Source of the DNA: Octopus sinensis
Taxonomy: Eukaryota
Assembly: GCF_006345805.1 (NCBI RefSeq)
Contig: NC_043001.1
Coordinates: forward strand, 55,304,001-55,368,000
DNA: 64,000 nt
Direction: 5' to 3'
Shown here: positions 39,080 through 53,366 of the stretch, piece after piece
How positions within the stretch are numbered: the first letter of the stretch is position 1
How the letters are laid out: every line of letters starts with the position of its first letter
The notes under the pieces: generated by a model
Database searches by the model: none
The model's input: only the letters and a program-made list of their open reading frames with translations
What the model was told of the DNA's origin: nothing
Position numbers and translations under genes: made by a program

Positions 39080-41051
39080 CTGCCACAACAAAGAAACGAA
39101 AAAATAGATTTCAATTAAAATATCCGATTTCATGGGAATTAAATTTTTTCTGCATATTTTGAATGATGGTAGTATAAATAACTATAATATCATTTGAATT
39201 AAATTTCTCATGTATTCTGATATAAATCTGACATCAAACCATTTAAAAAAAATTTATAATGCTAATTTACTAGATGTTATATTTTGGCTGTTATGCTATA
39301 TTTCAGGTGACCCTTTACTTTAAAATGTATTGAACTGATGAGACACTTTCAGAACAAATAGCAACCAAATGCTTCTTAAAGTATGTGAAAAAGGATAAAG
39401 ACGTTCAATAATGCAGTTTTGATATTCTTTCATTCTTTTAATTGTTTCAGGCATTTGACCGAGGCCATGCTGGGATACCGCTTTGAGGGGATTTTAATTG
39501 AACAAATCGACCTGAGAACTTTTTTAAGCCTAGTGCTTATTCTATGAGTCTCTTTTGCTGAACTACTGAGTTATGAGGATGTAAACACACAAAAACCAGT
39601 TGTCAAGCAGTGATGGGGGGGGGGTACTAACACAGACACAAAGACACAGATGCATAGATATATACACATATATAAATACAATGAGCTTTTTTAGTTCTCA
39701 TCTACCAAATCCACACACAAGGCATTGGTTGGCCCGAGATATATAGTAGAAAACACTTGCCCAAGGTGCCATGCAGTGAGACTGAACTTGAAACCATGTG
39801 GTTGGGAAGCAAACTTCTTACCACACAGTCATGGCTGCACCTATATAAATACTATGGCTACAGAAAAAAAATAATGAACATAACTGGAATGTCACTGATC
39901 ATAGGTTAAAAGTAATGAAAGAAGATCAGCTGAACCAGGACTGCTCTGAGCAAAATATCACCAAAGACAGTTAGATGGTACTGACTCCTAAAGCATGTGA
40001 ATTCCTTAAGGGAGGTAACTCAGTATGCTAACTCAGTCATCTGATATCTATTCAGATTGATTATGAGACTCAAGTACTGGGGTCGATACAATAGACCAAA
40101 TCCCTTGAAGGCAGGGCCTCAGTATCACTGCAGTCCAATGATTGAAACCAATAAAAAGGGGGAAAAATAAATACTTGGGTGAAGAGGAAGGTAAAACAAG
40201 TGATGTGTTATCTAAACCTTATCCTGAGTTTACTTGTTCTCTGTATTATCTAAATTTTCTTCATGCAAAATAATTTCCGATGCTTTTAGTGCCATTTTCA
40301 ACAAGTTTTCAGTTACTCAGCAGTTAATAAGTTGTATTATAAATATTGATTTTTTTTTTATATATCGGCTTATCTCTCTCAGAGTGTCTCTCTCACACAC
40401 ACATGTGTGTGCATGTATTTATATGTATGTATCTGTGTAATATATTGATTGTACAGATGAAACTGCAGTAAAATTGTAATTCTGAATGGTTTCAGCCATG
40501 TTCAATATTTGTGTGTATGTGTATATATATATATATATATATATACATATTACAACTTAATTGCATTTCTTTGCCATGAACTTTCCAGCATCAAATTGGC
40601 AAACATTAATCTGTATTCGATAGTAAAAGTAATTTCTGGCAACATTAGAGAGGTCATTGGAGTACTTTTCCTTCCTCTTCTAGTGCTGTTGCATTTTCTC
40701 TTCAGAGATGATTGCTATTTAAAATGAAAGGAATGATATCATCGATGAAACCAACAAAAGATAAACCAGCAATGAATACCACAGGGTAGAAGCAGAGAAT
40801 AATATAAATAAATGGATGTAGTTCACATGGTCAAATTATTTGATTGAATTTATCCATCCACTAAAGTTTTATTTATTACAAGGAATAGTGTAAATTTATA
40901 CAAGGCTTCATAGTACGTTCACCTTTTGCTTATTTTGCTTTGGGATTTAATTTGGTATTAGTATCCTTGTTTCAACCCATAGCATATTTGAACATAACCG
41001 CAAACAATATCACGGATGTAAAATAAACCAAATACATAACATCACTATAGA

Positions 41052-41096
<45 letters not shown>

Positions 41097-41496
41097 TTAT
41101 ATCTTTTACTTGTTTCAGTAATTAAACTGCAACCATGCTGGGGTACCAGCTTAGAAATGTTTTCAATCAAAGGAATCGACCCCAGGACTTATTCTATCAG
41201 TCGCTTTTGCTGAACCACTAAGTTACAGGGACATAAACACACCAACACCAGTTGTCAAATGGCGATGGGGACAAACATAGACATAAAGATACACACACAC
41301 ATATATATATGATGGGCTTCTTTCAGTTTCTGTCTACCGAATCCAATCACAAGGCTTTTGTTGGCCTGAAGCTATAGTAGAAGACACTTGCCCAATGTGC
41401 CATATGGTAGGAAGGAGTGAACCCAGAACCATGTGGTTGGGAAGCAACTTAACACACAGTCACACCTATATCTATCTATCTATCTATCAATCTATC

Positions 41497-41533
<37 letters not shown>

Positions 41534-42304
41534 ATATAAACTAGCCAACCAGCAAGTCTCAGTGGCTCTATGAAGATGTTAGCCATACTTAATGTATGCC
41601 TAAACACTGCGATATGTGAACATTTTGAGAAATTCATAATATAGGTTTCAAATTTTGACATAAAACCAGCAATTTTAAGAAAAGGGTTAAGTTGACTACA
41701 CTGACCCCAATCTTCAACTGATACTTATTTTATCAACCCCAAAAGGACGAAAGGCAAAGTTGACCTTGGTAGCGTTTGAACTCAGATCATAAGGATGGAT
41801 GAAATGCTGCTAAGCATTTAGCCCACCATACTTATGATTTTGCCAGCTCACCACCTTAATAATAATATAATAATAATAATAACAACAATAACAATAACAA
41901 CGACAACAACCACAACAAGAGCAACACCAACATCCTGTCAACGATTAGCCAGAGATGATTTTTCAAATGAGAATATCTGAAATAAACTTGATTGCTCTCA
42001 TGAATAAGAATACTAAAAATGAACCTGACCACTCTCAAAAATTAAGTAAAAAAAACTGGAAAAATAATCCAGAACCCTTGTCTGGTACATGATCGATCCC
42101 AATGGCAGTCATAGAATGTGAAGGTGGCTGTAGAAAATTTAGTAACAGTAATAAATAGTTTGTCCTTATCTAATACAAGCCAAAGTTAAGAAATTCACTA
42201 TTCAAAATAGTTTCAAATGCAGAGATAATGATAATAATAATAAGTTCTACTCAGGAATTTTTAAATGAATAGCATGAGATGTTTTGGTTTTCTCTAAGGC
42301 AGAG

Positions 42305-42348
<44 letters not shown>

Positions 42349-43993
42349 GGTTTCAAATTTTGGCTCAATGCTAGCAATTTTAGGGAGTGGGTAAGCTGAT
42401 TACATCGACCCCTGTTCAACTGCTACTTATTCTATAGACCCCCAAAATGATGAGAGTCAAAGTTGACTTTGGCAGCATTTGAACTCAGAACTTAAGGACG
42501 GACAAAATGCAACTAAATATTTTGTTCAGTATGCTAATGGTTCTACCAGCTTGCCACCTTGAAAAATGCCAACTGAGGTACACCAACATTTTGAGAAATG
42601 CTTTAATATTGAGGTATGCCAACATTATGTTGTATCCCTTGCTACTGTAGTATACTGAAATGTTGAGATATGCGTACATGTTAGTTTGTTAGTCCACCTC
42701 ATGCTTGTTTGAGAAGTAGTTTTTCAGTGTTCTGCTATGTTACCCCAATGTCTGTTTGATAGTCTTCAGGTATTCCTAAAAGTTTTGATGCCATGTGACC
42801 CATGAGTTTCCTCAAAGTTTTCTTTCTTCCTATTGATGACCATCTCATCCATCTCAAAGCTGTTTTTTTTTTAAATACTGATGATCCAGTTGTCATAGGT
42901 CAAAGTCAATCAGCCAGTTGCACTATTACTTCTTGGAGTTTTTGTGAATATGCTTGAATATTTTAAATATACCTAAATACTGGGTATGCCTATATTTTGA
43001 GGCAAGTTTAAATATTGAAGTATGTCAAAATATTGACTATATAATTAAATATTGAATATGTGCCTAAATTTTATGCAAAGATTGCAAGTCAGACGGTTTC
43101 AACTTCAAATAAATCACAGAAGGGTTTTCTTCTTTCAAAAGCATAGTTTTAATCAATACTCATTCTATTACATTTAATTAGTACTGGTTCTACATGACAA
43201 ATTCTGGCACTGGTAACATAGAAAGCACTAGTGATGGTGCCATGTAAAAAGCACCCAGTAAACTCTGTAAAGTGATTGGCATTAGGAAGGGCATCCATCC
43301 ATAGAAGCCAAGCTAAAACAGACTATGGAATCTGGTGCAGCCCCTGACCTTGCAAGTTCCTGCCAAGAAGTCCATCTGATGCCAGCATAGAAAACGGATG
43401 TCAAATATTAATGAAGATGAATAGGGCATATTGTCATTCAACAATTATGTACTCATACTCGCTTATATGGAAATGTTTATGAGCTTGCTGAAACAGTTAG
43501 AAACAGCATTCAAACCTCCCTCAAATCCTTAATGTCTTAAAAAGAAAGGATGCATACAATGGATAATGTATTTCTATATGACATATGAGAAAAGTAAAAT
43601 ATGAGATAACTGTGGCTGGAATGCCTAAGTTCATAAGTCTCCTCAATCAGGATTGAGCTGGGGGTTAAACAATGCTTGGTCTTGTAATATCATATGAGCA
43701 TTAACTGAATACATCAACACTCTTATTTTATAAACAACGGCAGCCAGCTGTTGTTTTTTAATCTCTTACAACCATTTCTACCACTAGCCTGTGTGTTACA
43801 GCTGGTTTGGTCTCTCTGAATACTCTGAAGCAATAAAAATTCACTTCTTGTACCCATCTCATCTCTTCCTATCACTTCATAAATTATATATTTAGCATTT
43901 CTTGAAAATCCAACAGTAAACATCCTGTTTAATTTTCCTATCCAAGAACTACATTAATCTCAAACTCTTCCTCACCTCTAACCTAAGTGTTCT

Positions 43994-44030
<37 letters not shown>

Positions 44031-45020
44031 CATCATTATTGCTGTTGTTGTTGCAGAATTGATGATGCATCAGACAAAATGCCACACAATACAGAGTTCG
44101 ACTATTTAAGTTTTGAGTTCAAATCCTGGCAAGATTAACGTTACCTTCCATCCCTCCCGGGTTGATAAAATAAAGTGCTAGTTAAGTACTGAGATTAATA
44201 GTATTAACTGGCCCTCTCCCTTCAGATTTGCTGGCTGTGAACCAAAATTTGGAGGGAACCTGTGGAAGAGGTAGACCCAGGAAGATGTGGTATGAGGTGT
44301 GGAAATGTGATCTTTGGATGTTGAGTTTCACTGAGGGAAAGACAAGTGACTGAATCTTCTGGTGAATTGTTGTGCTTAAGAAGACACGTCAAACTAAGTG
44401 AAACCGGTTGCGGCCAAACAGCACCCAAACTGCTGACAGATAAAAGGCACCCATGCCAGAGACATATAAGAGAGGCACTGTGATGGTGACATGTAAGAGA
44501 CACCAAATACACTTTGTGCAGTGGTTGGCATTAGGAAGAGCATCCAGCCATAGAAACCAAGCCAAAACATTCTGGAGCCTGGTGCAGCTCCCCAGTTTAC
44601 CAGCTCCAGTCAAACCATCTAACCCATGCCAGCAATAAAAACAGACACTAAATAATGATGGTGATTAGCATGTTGGACAAAATAGTGGCATTTATTCTGG
44701 CTTTACATTCTGTGTTTCAAATGCTGTTGAGGCCCATTTTGTCTTTTATCATTTCAGGGTTGATCAGTACTAATTAAGCAATAGGGTTGATGTAATTGAC
44801 TTCTGCCTCCTCAACAATTTCAAGCCTTGTGTTTAAATCAGAAATTAATAAAGGCTGTGAGCTAGCAAAACCATTGCAACATTATTAAAAAAAATACCTT
44901 GTGGGTTTTCTTCTTTCTGTGATTAAATCTTATCACGGTCAACTTCATTTTTTATTCCTTTAGGAGGGGGGGGGTGTGCGTGCGATAGTAATAATTAACC
45001 CTCTCTCCTTAGTATTTCTC

Positions 45021-45412
45021 TCTCTTTTACTTGTTTCAGTCATTTGTCTGCGGCCATGCTGGAGCACCGCCTTTAATCGAGCAACTTGACCCTGGGACTT
45101 ATTCTTTTGTAAGCCCAGTACTTATTCTATCGGTCTCTTTTGCCGAACCGCTAAGTTATGGGGACATAAACACACCAGCATCGGTTGTCAAGCAATGCCA
45201 GGGGGACAAACACAGACATACAAACACACACACGCATATGTATATATATACATATATACGACGGTTTCTTTCAGTTTCTGTCAACCAAATCCACTCACAA
45301 GGCTTTGGTCGGCCCGAGGCTATAGTAGAAGACACTTGCCCAAGGTGCCACGCAGTGGGACTGAACCCGGAACCATGTGGCTGGTAAACAAGCTACTTAC
45401 CACACAGCCACT
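45021..45412 (-). mobile_element. Near-intact family A SINE, opposite orientation to the copy at 7991
   Basis: Reverse complement of the same head, body and tail; CpGs retained. Confidence 0.85.
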
Positions 45413-45594
45413 ACAGTATTGCTGGTTTGTGTCTAAATCCGAAACATTATTATATAAACTAATAAATATGTTAATTTCAAATTCTAAGTTCCTTTTATTA
45501 CAGTAGGAATCTGTCTTGACTGTTTTTTTCTGACAGGAAACAAAACACCTTGTGTGTAATGGGAAGGTTCACATGATGCATTCTTGATTCTGTT

Positions 45595-45825
45595 TTAACC
45601 CTTTAGCATTCAGATTACTCAGTCAAATGTTATGTATGTTTATTCACATTGTTTTAAATTCATCATGCATTATCTCATAGCTTTGAGATTTCAATGATGT
45701 GATTGTGCATTTTTTAAAATTGACATTGTAGGGTAGGTGTGAAAGGCTAAGTCTGGCTAGTTTGAACATACAACAGGTAGAATATCTGGGATGGATATGG
45801 CCAGTTTAAATTTTAAAGGGTTTAA
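45595..45825. mobile_element. piggyBac-like MITE
   Basis: TTAA|CCCTTTAGCATT ... AATTTTAAAGGG|T(T)TAA termini. Confidence 0.7.
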
Positions 45826-46389
45826 CTATGAACTGTTAGCTTGTGATTAATATGGCAATGGGCTTTCAGTACATGTAAACCTGATTCAGAATGAAAATAA
45901 ATATCTTTCTCTATCAGTACAATCGCTAAGTACAACTTCTACATTTCTTACAAAGTGAGACAGGTTGTCTCGAGAAATCAAAGTTATTCAGTCTAAATAT
46001 AAGAAAGTTAGTTTTTGGGAAGTGGCAGGAAAGAATTGTATAAACTTGACACTAACCAAATAAATGCCTAGTTATACATACCCTATGATTGGGTGAGCCT
46101 TAAAAAAAATCTGTGGGCACTACCTTGCAACTTCACATAAAAAGAAATTTGTTAAAAATCAATAAGACCAAGGATTATGTTAGTCTAAAAAGATTCCTAA
46201 AAAACTGCATGACCTTCTTTGTAAGAGTGGGTCTATTTCTCTCAATGTTTTACTGATGTTCCCAGAACCCCCCCACTCCAAAAAAAAACCCCTCAATGGA
46301 ATGAAAGGCAAAATGTAAATGTACCAGTAATACACTGGTGTAGTTACAGAGATTACATAAAAGAAACAATCTTGTGCCAGGTGCAACAG

Positions 46390-47125
46390 ATGGTATAACA
46401 GATAGTGTAGTATTAGATTTGGTTGATAGAATGAGGGTGAGTGGTAGTGGAAGGTATGGTGATAGGTGTGGTGGATGGCAAGACAGATTTAGTGGTTGAT
46501 ATGAAGAGTTGTGTATGACATGTAGAAAGGTGTGGAAGTTGGTAAAGAGATATTTATGATAGATAGTATCAGAGTAGATATGGCAGGAAGTATATAGACA
46601 AATAGATGATAAAGTGTTAGATGTATAGTGTCAGATGTGGTAGGGTGAGGAATTGGCAGAGTTATTAGAATAATGAACAAAATGTTTAGATGCATTTCTT
46701 CTGGTTCTTTGCAGCCTGAATCCAAATTCCATTGAGGTCAACTTTGCCTTTCATCTTTCCATTGTAAATGAAATAAAATGCCAATCAAAAAAACTGTGGA
46801 AGAAAGAATGGAGACTGACATGGTATATGGTATGCAGCAAATGATAAGGAGACAGGTGTGATAGATGGTATGAAGATGGATGCGGTAGATGATAGAAAAA
46901 GAGATCTGGTATATGGCATGGTGCCAGATGTGGTAGAAGGTATATGGAGAGCAATGTTATAAAAGTATGGAGAGCAATGTCATATACAATACATCACTGG
47001 ATAGCATTATAGATATTGATATTGCAGATGTCATGGTGAAAGCTATAGTAGATAGCATAGAGACTGAGATGAGGGAAAAGTCAAATGGTAAAGCAAGTTT
47101 TGTGGATGGCATGATTGTAGGAATC
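46390..47125. repeat. Low-complexity, C-poor (plus strand) degenerate repeat rich in ATGG/GTGG/ATGA, interrupted by a SINE fragment
   Basis: Strong strand asymmetry; short direct repeat tatggagagcaatgt present twice at ~46943-46980. Confidence 0.7.
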
Positions 47126-47146
47126 AAAGATAATTTCAAAACTTAC

Positions 47147-47308
47147 TGCTATACATTCCACTTTGTTCCATTAATTTCTTCTGGGTGTGCTTCTTGCGAC
47201 ACAACCAAATGCTAACAATACACAAAGCAATCCACACAGTTCCACCAATTGTCCCAATTAACATGCCAATAAACCAAGGCTGTCTCATTATTGATGGTTT
47301 TTCAGGAA
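47147..47308 (-). CDS. robo: Robo receptor transmembrane exon (VPEKPSIMRQPWFIGMLIGTIGGTVWIALCIVSIWLCRKKHTQKKLMEQSGMYS)
   Basis: Acceptor tttgtttttttgtttcag, donor GCA|gtaagt, 162 nt, phase 1 to 1. Hydrophobic helix followed by a basic stop-transfer stretch. QP.FI...W.......SIWL.R matches the Robo TM consensus as I recall it. Confidence 0.95.
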
Positions 47309-47568
47309 CTGAAACAAAAAAACAAACAAAAATATGTCTTCAGCAACAATTACAGTATGGATAAAATGAAAAAAAAAAATGTAGGAAGATGTCACTTAAC
47401 ATGCAAGAGTGTCTAAATCTATCTGAAATCACATCCTACTGTCTCAAAAAACAACAAAAAGCAAACTTACTTTTTATTGGGCTCTTATGCCGAACTGCTA
47501 AGTTACTAGGACCTAAATACATCAACACTAGTTGTCAAGTAGTGGTGGGGAGACAAACAGACACTAAG

Positions 47569-47625
<57 letters not shown>

Positions 47626-47815
47626 ATGGGCTTCTTTCAGTTTCCATCAACCAAATTCACTCACAAGGCTTTGGTTAACCTGAGGTTATATTAGGAGACA
47701 CTTGCCCAATGTGCCATGCAGTGGGACTGAACCCAGAACCATGTGGCTGGGCAGCAAGCTTCTTACCACACAGCCATAACTGTGCAAATCTCTCTCTCTC
47801 TCTTTATATATATAC

Positions 47816-47858
<43 letters not shown>

Positions 47859-48285
47859 AGAGAGAGAGATATTATATGGATGAAAACTTCATTAAAGTCC
47901 AGAGTGCATATGAATGTGTTTGTGTGCATGCATGTGTATATAAATGTGTGCATATAATGCCTGTGTAAATCAATGTCATGTTACATCCCTCTATGCAGAA
48001 AATGCAAAACTTGATTATTTGACAAAGATCAGTATAAGTACTAGACTGAAATATGAACAGTAGTTAATAGGAATCTGGATTCATTAAAACTCCACACCAA
48101 CTGTAAGCCAAAGTCTGAAGTTAACAGAAAAATATAGCAGAGAAAAAGGAAAGATATTTATAACAAGAAGACAGATGCTGAAGGATGATGATGATGATAT
48201 AGTATTAGAAAAAAGATATGCATGCTTGACCCAGTGTGTAACCTATCTTACATACAAGAGACTCGTGTCTTCCTACTTTACTTAC

Positions 48286-48451
48286 CCATGTAGAACTTTT
48301 GACTCCATGTTCCTGTGCCTTTGTTTGTTACAGCTGCCATCTGCAACATGTAGGTGGTTGAGGGATTTAAACGTTCAATAATAACTCGGCGCACGGATGA
48401 GTTTGTGGCAAGACTACAATTATCTTTTCTATCTTCTCCATAGCAGCGGAT
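48286..48451 (-). CDS. robo: Robo receptor exon: rest of FN3-3 (IRCYGEDRKDNCSLATNSSVRRVIIERLNPSTTYMLQMAAVTNKGTGTWSQKFYM)
   Basis: Acceptor ctcttccacaccag, donor G|gtaagt, 166 nt, phase 0 to 1. Lies in ORF 48278..48487. Confidence 0.95.
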
Positions 48452-49129
48452 CTGGTGTGGAAGAGAAATGGTATATAAAATTAACACAACTGTATGAAAT
48501 AATCTATCTTATGTAAGATATATATATATATCTAGCTTTAATACTTAATATATATTTAAGATATATATATATATATATATATCAATTATATGTACTTTGT
48601 ACTATTAGTAGAGGTAGAATTGATTATCTCAGTAAAAAGAAGTTGGTTTTTTTCCTTTTGGTTTTACACCTCTGCAATTGCACTGCTGCAAATATTCAAT
48701 GCAAATTACATTTGAGATTGGCAATAATGCAAAGCTGCCATAGCCCTCTTGCACAGTTTCTGCCTGCTTTCCAAACAGTTCCCAGAATTAGTAGATTTTT
48801 TTGAGATAATCAACAAAGTGTTCACTAATATAGAATTTTCAAAGGGAAAAAAAAGTGATAATTGAGTGTGCAACAAGTTCTATTTGTACAATATATGTAC
48901 ATACTATGTGTGTATGTGTGTGTGCATGTGTGTATGGTGTGTGTGTGTGTGTGTGTTTAAAAGAAATTCTTTAGAGAGAGAATCTCTATTTGAAAAATTT
49001 CTAATAAGAGATACCATACATGTTTTCTACTACATGTACAATTTTGTATCTACTATTAGCAGATGAATCATGTGAATAAATAGTACCAAAAACTTTTTCA
49101 GTCTCTTGTTTTGAGGTGTGTGTGTGTGT

Positions 49130-49169
<40 letters not shown>

Positions 49170-49429
49170 AAGATTTTGCAGAAGATACTTGATATCACCG
49201 CAAACAATATTTAAAGAAACATTTTCCAAAATTTTTTTAAATCTTTAATAACTTTTAAGAGACACACTCTCTAGGGCTGCCCAGGTTCTGTTTTGACATG
49301 GTTTCTACATTAAGAAGGGCATCCAAAATAGACACAGAGCTGGCCAGCTCCTATCAAACCATCCAACCCATTCTGGCGGATGTTAAATGATGATGATGAT
49401 GATTGTATGTATGTATGTATGTATGTATG

Positions 49430-49915
49430 CCATTTGCATCACAAGACTCCAGAAGCCATGTTTCCTCCACATTTCTGGGACCAAAACTATATTTTCCCTG
49501 TATTAGTTGCTGGGTTGCTACCCAATACGTTTGTTGAAATGACCAGCCATAAAAATATGTCGCTGTCATTCATCATCAAGGTTATCTGTAAAAGGGCTTT
49601 GTAAAAATCTGTCCTTTTGTTCATCTGCCAGTCCCAATGAGGAGAATATGCAGAAATAAATGTTGCTGTCATATTTTTCAAGATAAGACTAAACTTAATT
49701 ATCCTGCCACACTCTAACTACCTCGATCATCTTATCTACCTATTTCTCTGCCAAAAGTATGCCTACACCTCCCACACCATCACTATTGCCTTCTCAGAAA
49801 AAAATTATATCTTTGTTCCTTGTCCCTGAGATATCTGGCTGAAGCTCTCCTTCATCTTATCTCTTGCATGCAGCACGCCTCTGTTCTAGCATCTACCTTT
49901 TATCATACCTATGAA
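49430..49915 (-). mobile_element. RTE-type LINE fragment, AP-endonuclease domain only
   Basis: Frameshifted V.CC.QE.RW, GNSDGVGGVGILLAEK, TATFISAYSP...K.DFY..LLQ, and FGPRNVE...LLESCDAN motifs. Confidence 0.85.
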
Positions 49916-49962
49916 GCACACCTGTACTGATCAAATGAAATAGTCAAAGATATAACACTTAC

Positions 49963-50078
49963 AACATATCCATTGACATCACCATATCGGTAAGGACGTG
50001 GTGGCGGTGACCATCGCACTGACATGCTACTGTCTGATAGCCAATGAATAACAATATTTTCTGGAGCTGCAGCAGGTG
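49963..50078 (-). CDS. robo: Robo receptor exon: start of FN3-3 (APAAAPENIVIHWLSDSSMSVRWSPPPRPYRYGDVNGYV)
   Basis: Acceptor ctgtttttctatttag, donor GTT|gtaagt, 116 nt, phase 1 to 0. P..P..........V.W.PP.....G....Y FN3 motif. Confidence 0.93.
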
Positions 50079-53000
50079 CTAAATAGAAAAACAGAGAGAG
50101 GGTTAGAGGGAGGCATTGTGATAAAATTAATCAAATAAACAAACCAAAGTGAAGAACTCTGATTCAACTTCTGTACTGTACATGCACAAACAAAATAGCT
50201 GATATTACAAAAACGAAACAAAAGAAATAATATTTATAATTCATTTTCCTTATGGGTAAAATTCATGACTGAGTTTAAGAATTTTATTTCAATACTGTTC
50301 TGAAGTCAATCCCATTGCACAGTACCTTGAGCAAGTATCTACCAGATCTTTGGATAAATGCTCATTTGGATAAATATACACCTAACAGAAGCCTGCTGGG
50401 TATATATGTGTGTATGCACACACACACGCACACACATGATGATTTAATATACATACATACATATATATCTTTTACTTGTTTCAGTCATTAGACTGTGGTC
50501 ACGCAGGGCACTGCCTTGAAAATTTTTTAGTCAAAATTGACTCCAGTACATTTTTTTAATACTTTTAAAGCTTTGTACTTATTCTGTTGGTCTCTTTTGT
50601 TGAACCAGAAAGTTATGGGGGACATAAACACATCAACACCTGTTGTCAAATAGTGGGGGTGGGGACAAATTCAGACACAAAAACACACACACATGACAGA
50701 CTTCTTTTAGTTTCTGTCTACCAAATCCATTCACAAGGCTTTGGCTGGCCCAAGGCTATAGTAAGGAGACATATGACCAAGGTGTCACACAATCCTCTTC
50801 CATCATAACCAGATATTACAACTCTTGTCTTTGATGTTTGTAGCACTGAATGCTTTTTTTTAAATTGTGAATTACTGTTATGAAAAACATGGGATGTGTA
50901 CTCTGTTTTCATTAAATATTTAAATCCAAAATGAAGTTAAGCCAAGATTTAACATTCCTGAAAATTAGTAAACACTGATCTTAATTTAAGTGTCTATATA
51001 CATTCTTTTTAACATGATAAAGAGTTATTTGTGAGAGATATGGTTCCTGTTTTTAGTAGGTTAAAGAGCCTTGTAGAATCTCTTGTTAAGTCATTGTTAT
51101 TGTTGGTTGTAGTCTCAGGTCTCCAGATCAACTCAGATTGAACACACTCATCAACAAACACATCTCTGACAGGCTCAGCCCGTCCTTCTGTGTATATTCA
51201 AGATAGCATTGTCTGCTGTGTCTTTTCTTTTTTACAGAGGCGAGAGATTAATCTGCAGATGCCTGCTTGCTGGTGTGTTGAACTAAAATATTTTGTTGCT
51301 TAGCCTCAGGTCAATGCTGCTCAAGCAAACCTATGAATCAAGGGATTGACCATTCAGTCAGGGTCTAATTTTCAGACTTGTCATTTATTTTTATCGTTTA
51401 CTTGTTTCTGTCATTAGACTGTGGCCATGCTGGGGCATTGCTTTGGAGAGTTTTTACTCGAATGAATTGATGCCAGTACTTATTGTTTTAAGTCAGGTAT
51501 TCTTTCCATTGGTTTCTTTTGCCAAACGATTAGGTTACAGAAACATAAACACACTAGCACAGGTCATCAAGCAGAGGTGGGGGACAAACACAGACACAAA
51601 GACACACACATGTAAATGTACACAGCATGCTTCTTTAAATTTCTGTTTACAAAATCCACACAAAAGGCTTTGGTTGGCCCAAGGCTATAGAAGACACTTG
51701 CCTATAGAAGGCTATAGAAGACACTTGCACACAGTGGCACTGAAACCAGAACCATGTGGTTGAGAAGCAAGCTTCTTACCACACAGCCATACCTGTGCTT
51801 ATGACAGTAAAGTGTAATTTGAGGGGAATTTCTCTGCTATTTCTAATAGTTTGAATAACTCCCATTGGCTCACTGTTTATTTAGTAGTTGGTGTCCGCAG
51901 CAAAAGAAACGGTAGGCAAAGTGGAACCTCTCCAGTGTCAATTAGGAGTGGCTGGGTGCAGATATAAAACTAATTAAAGTTGTATATGTAAATTTGATTT
52001 TCATCATATTTTCTTTTTTTGAGAGAGACACTGCTGACCTAATCTTACAGATTACATGTTTATCTTTCTACAGACATTGGCAACTGTTCAAATATTGGTA
52101 ACAACACCAAACAGTAGTAGTAGTAGTAGTTGTAGGTGGAGCGACAGCAAAAATGATTATAGCAAAAGTGATATATCATGGTTTTTAATTCTGTAAGTGA
52201 CAGAGGTTAGAGGTGAATATGGGTGTATTTAAAGGGAGGAAGAAGAGGATATTTAGGCTAATCAATAAAATAGAATGCATACAGAGACATACTCTACAGA
52301 AAAAAACACATTCACAGACATAATAAAGTAGAAATACATAACTAAATACACACACACACACAAGTGATAAACACAATCTTACACATATTCTACTGGTTTA
52401 AGCATCACTGTGTCCAATAAATAGCCCTACCAGTGTGTGGCAGATGATTGAAATATTACAGATTAATAAAAATATATCTATATAATTATCTAGCTTCTAG
52501 TCTTCCATTCATGGGTTCATTTTAACCTTTCAGCACTTTGGAATCTATAAAATATCAATATTAATAATACAGAGCCAATGGGACAATAAAGAAGGCTTCA
52601 TTTTCATATAATATGCATAAATAAGCAGATATATTTTTCCTTCTGATTTTAAAAGAATTTATCTCATTTTAATCCCAAAGGATTCTGCATAAACTCTATG
52701 AAGTAAGACAACTAACTCAGCAAACAAAACTCAACAAATAAAGCAGGTTATACTCCTATTTGATACTATGAGTGAGCACTCTGTACTGTTGATGGCTTGG
52801 GGAATAATGAATCTCTCTTATCTAAAAAAATAACAATTAGGGATTGGTGACAGGAAGAATATATTTTGGCATAAAATCCTGTCTCAAATATGACATCATC
52901 CAACTAAAGTATGAGAAAGTGGACACTGATAACATATATCATTTATCATTTAATTGTTTTTTAGTCATTAGGCTGTGGCCATGCTGGGGTACTGCCTTGA

Positions 53001-53366
53001 AAAATTATGAATTGAATGAATTGACCCCAGCACTTTTTTTTTAAAGCCTGGTACTTATTCTATCAGTCTTTTTTACCAAACCACTAAGTAATGGGGACAT
53101 TAACACACCAACACCAGTTGTCAAGAAATAGTGGGGATAAACACAGACACAAATACACACACACACACACACATGATGGGCTTTTTTCAGTGTCCACCTA
53201 ACAAATCCACTCGCAATGGATGGCCTGAGGTTATAGCAGAACACTCGGTTGGCCTGAGGTTATAGCAGAACACACTACCCAAGGTGCCATGCTGTGAAAC
53301 TGAACCCGAAGCCTTGTGTTTGGGAAGCAAAATTCTTACCACATAGCCATGATAACTACACACACA

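Larger units (their letters stand above)
36000..41470 (-). mobile_element. Span containing family A SINE copies ~36000-36140, 37290-37640, 39420-39845, 41100-41470
   Basis: Same diagnostic motifs, all in minus orientation. Confidence 0.75.

Noticed and set aside
40680-40714. Acceptor followed by purine-rich IISEEKMQQH* in phase 1
   Set aside because: No donor and an early stop; insufficient evidence.
48699-48706. Octamer motif ATGCAAAT in unique intronic sequence
   Set aside because: A single 8-mer in AT-rich DNA is expected by chance.
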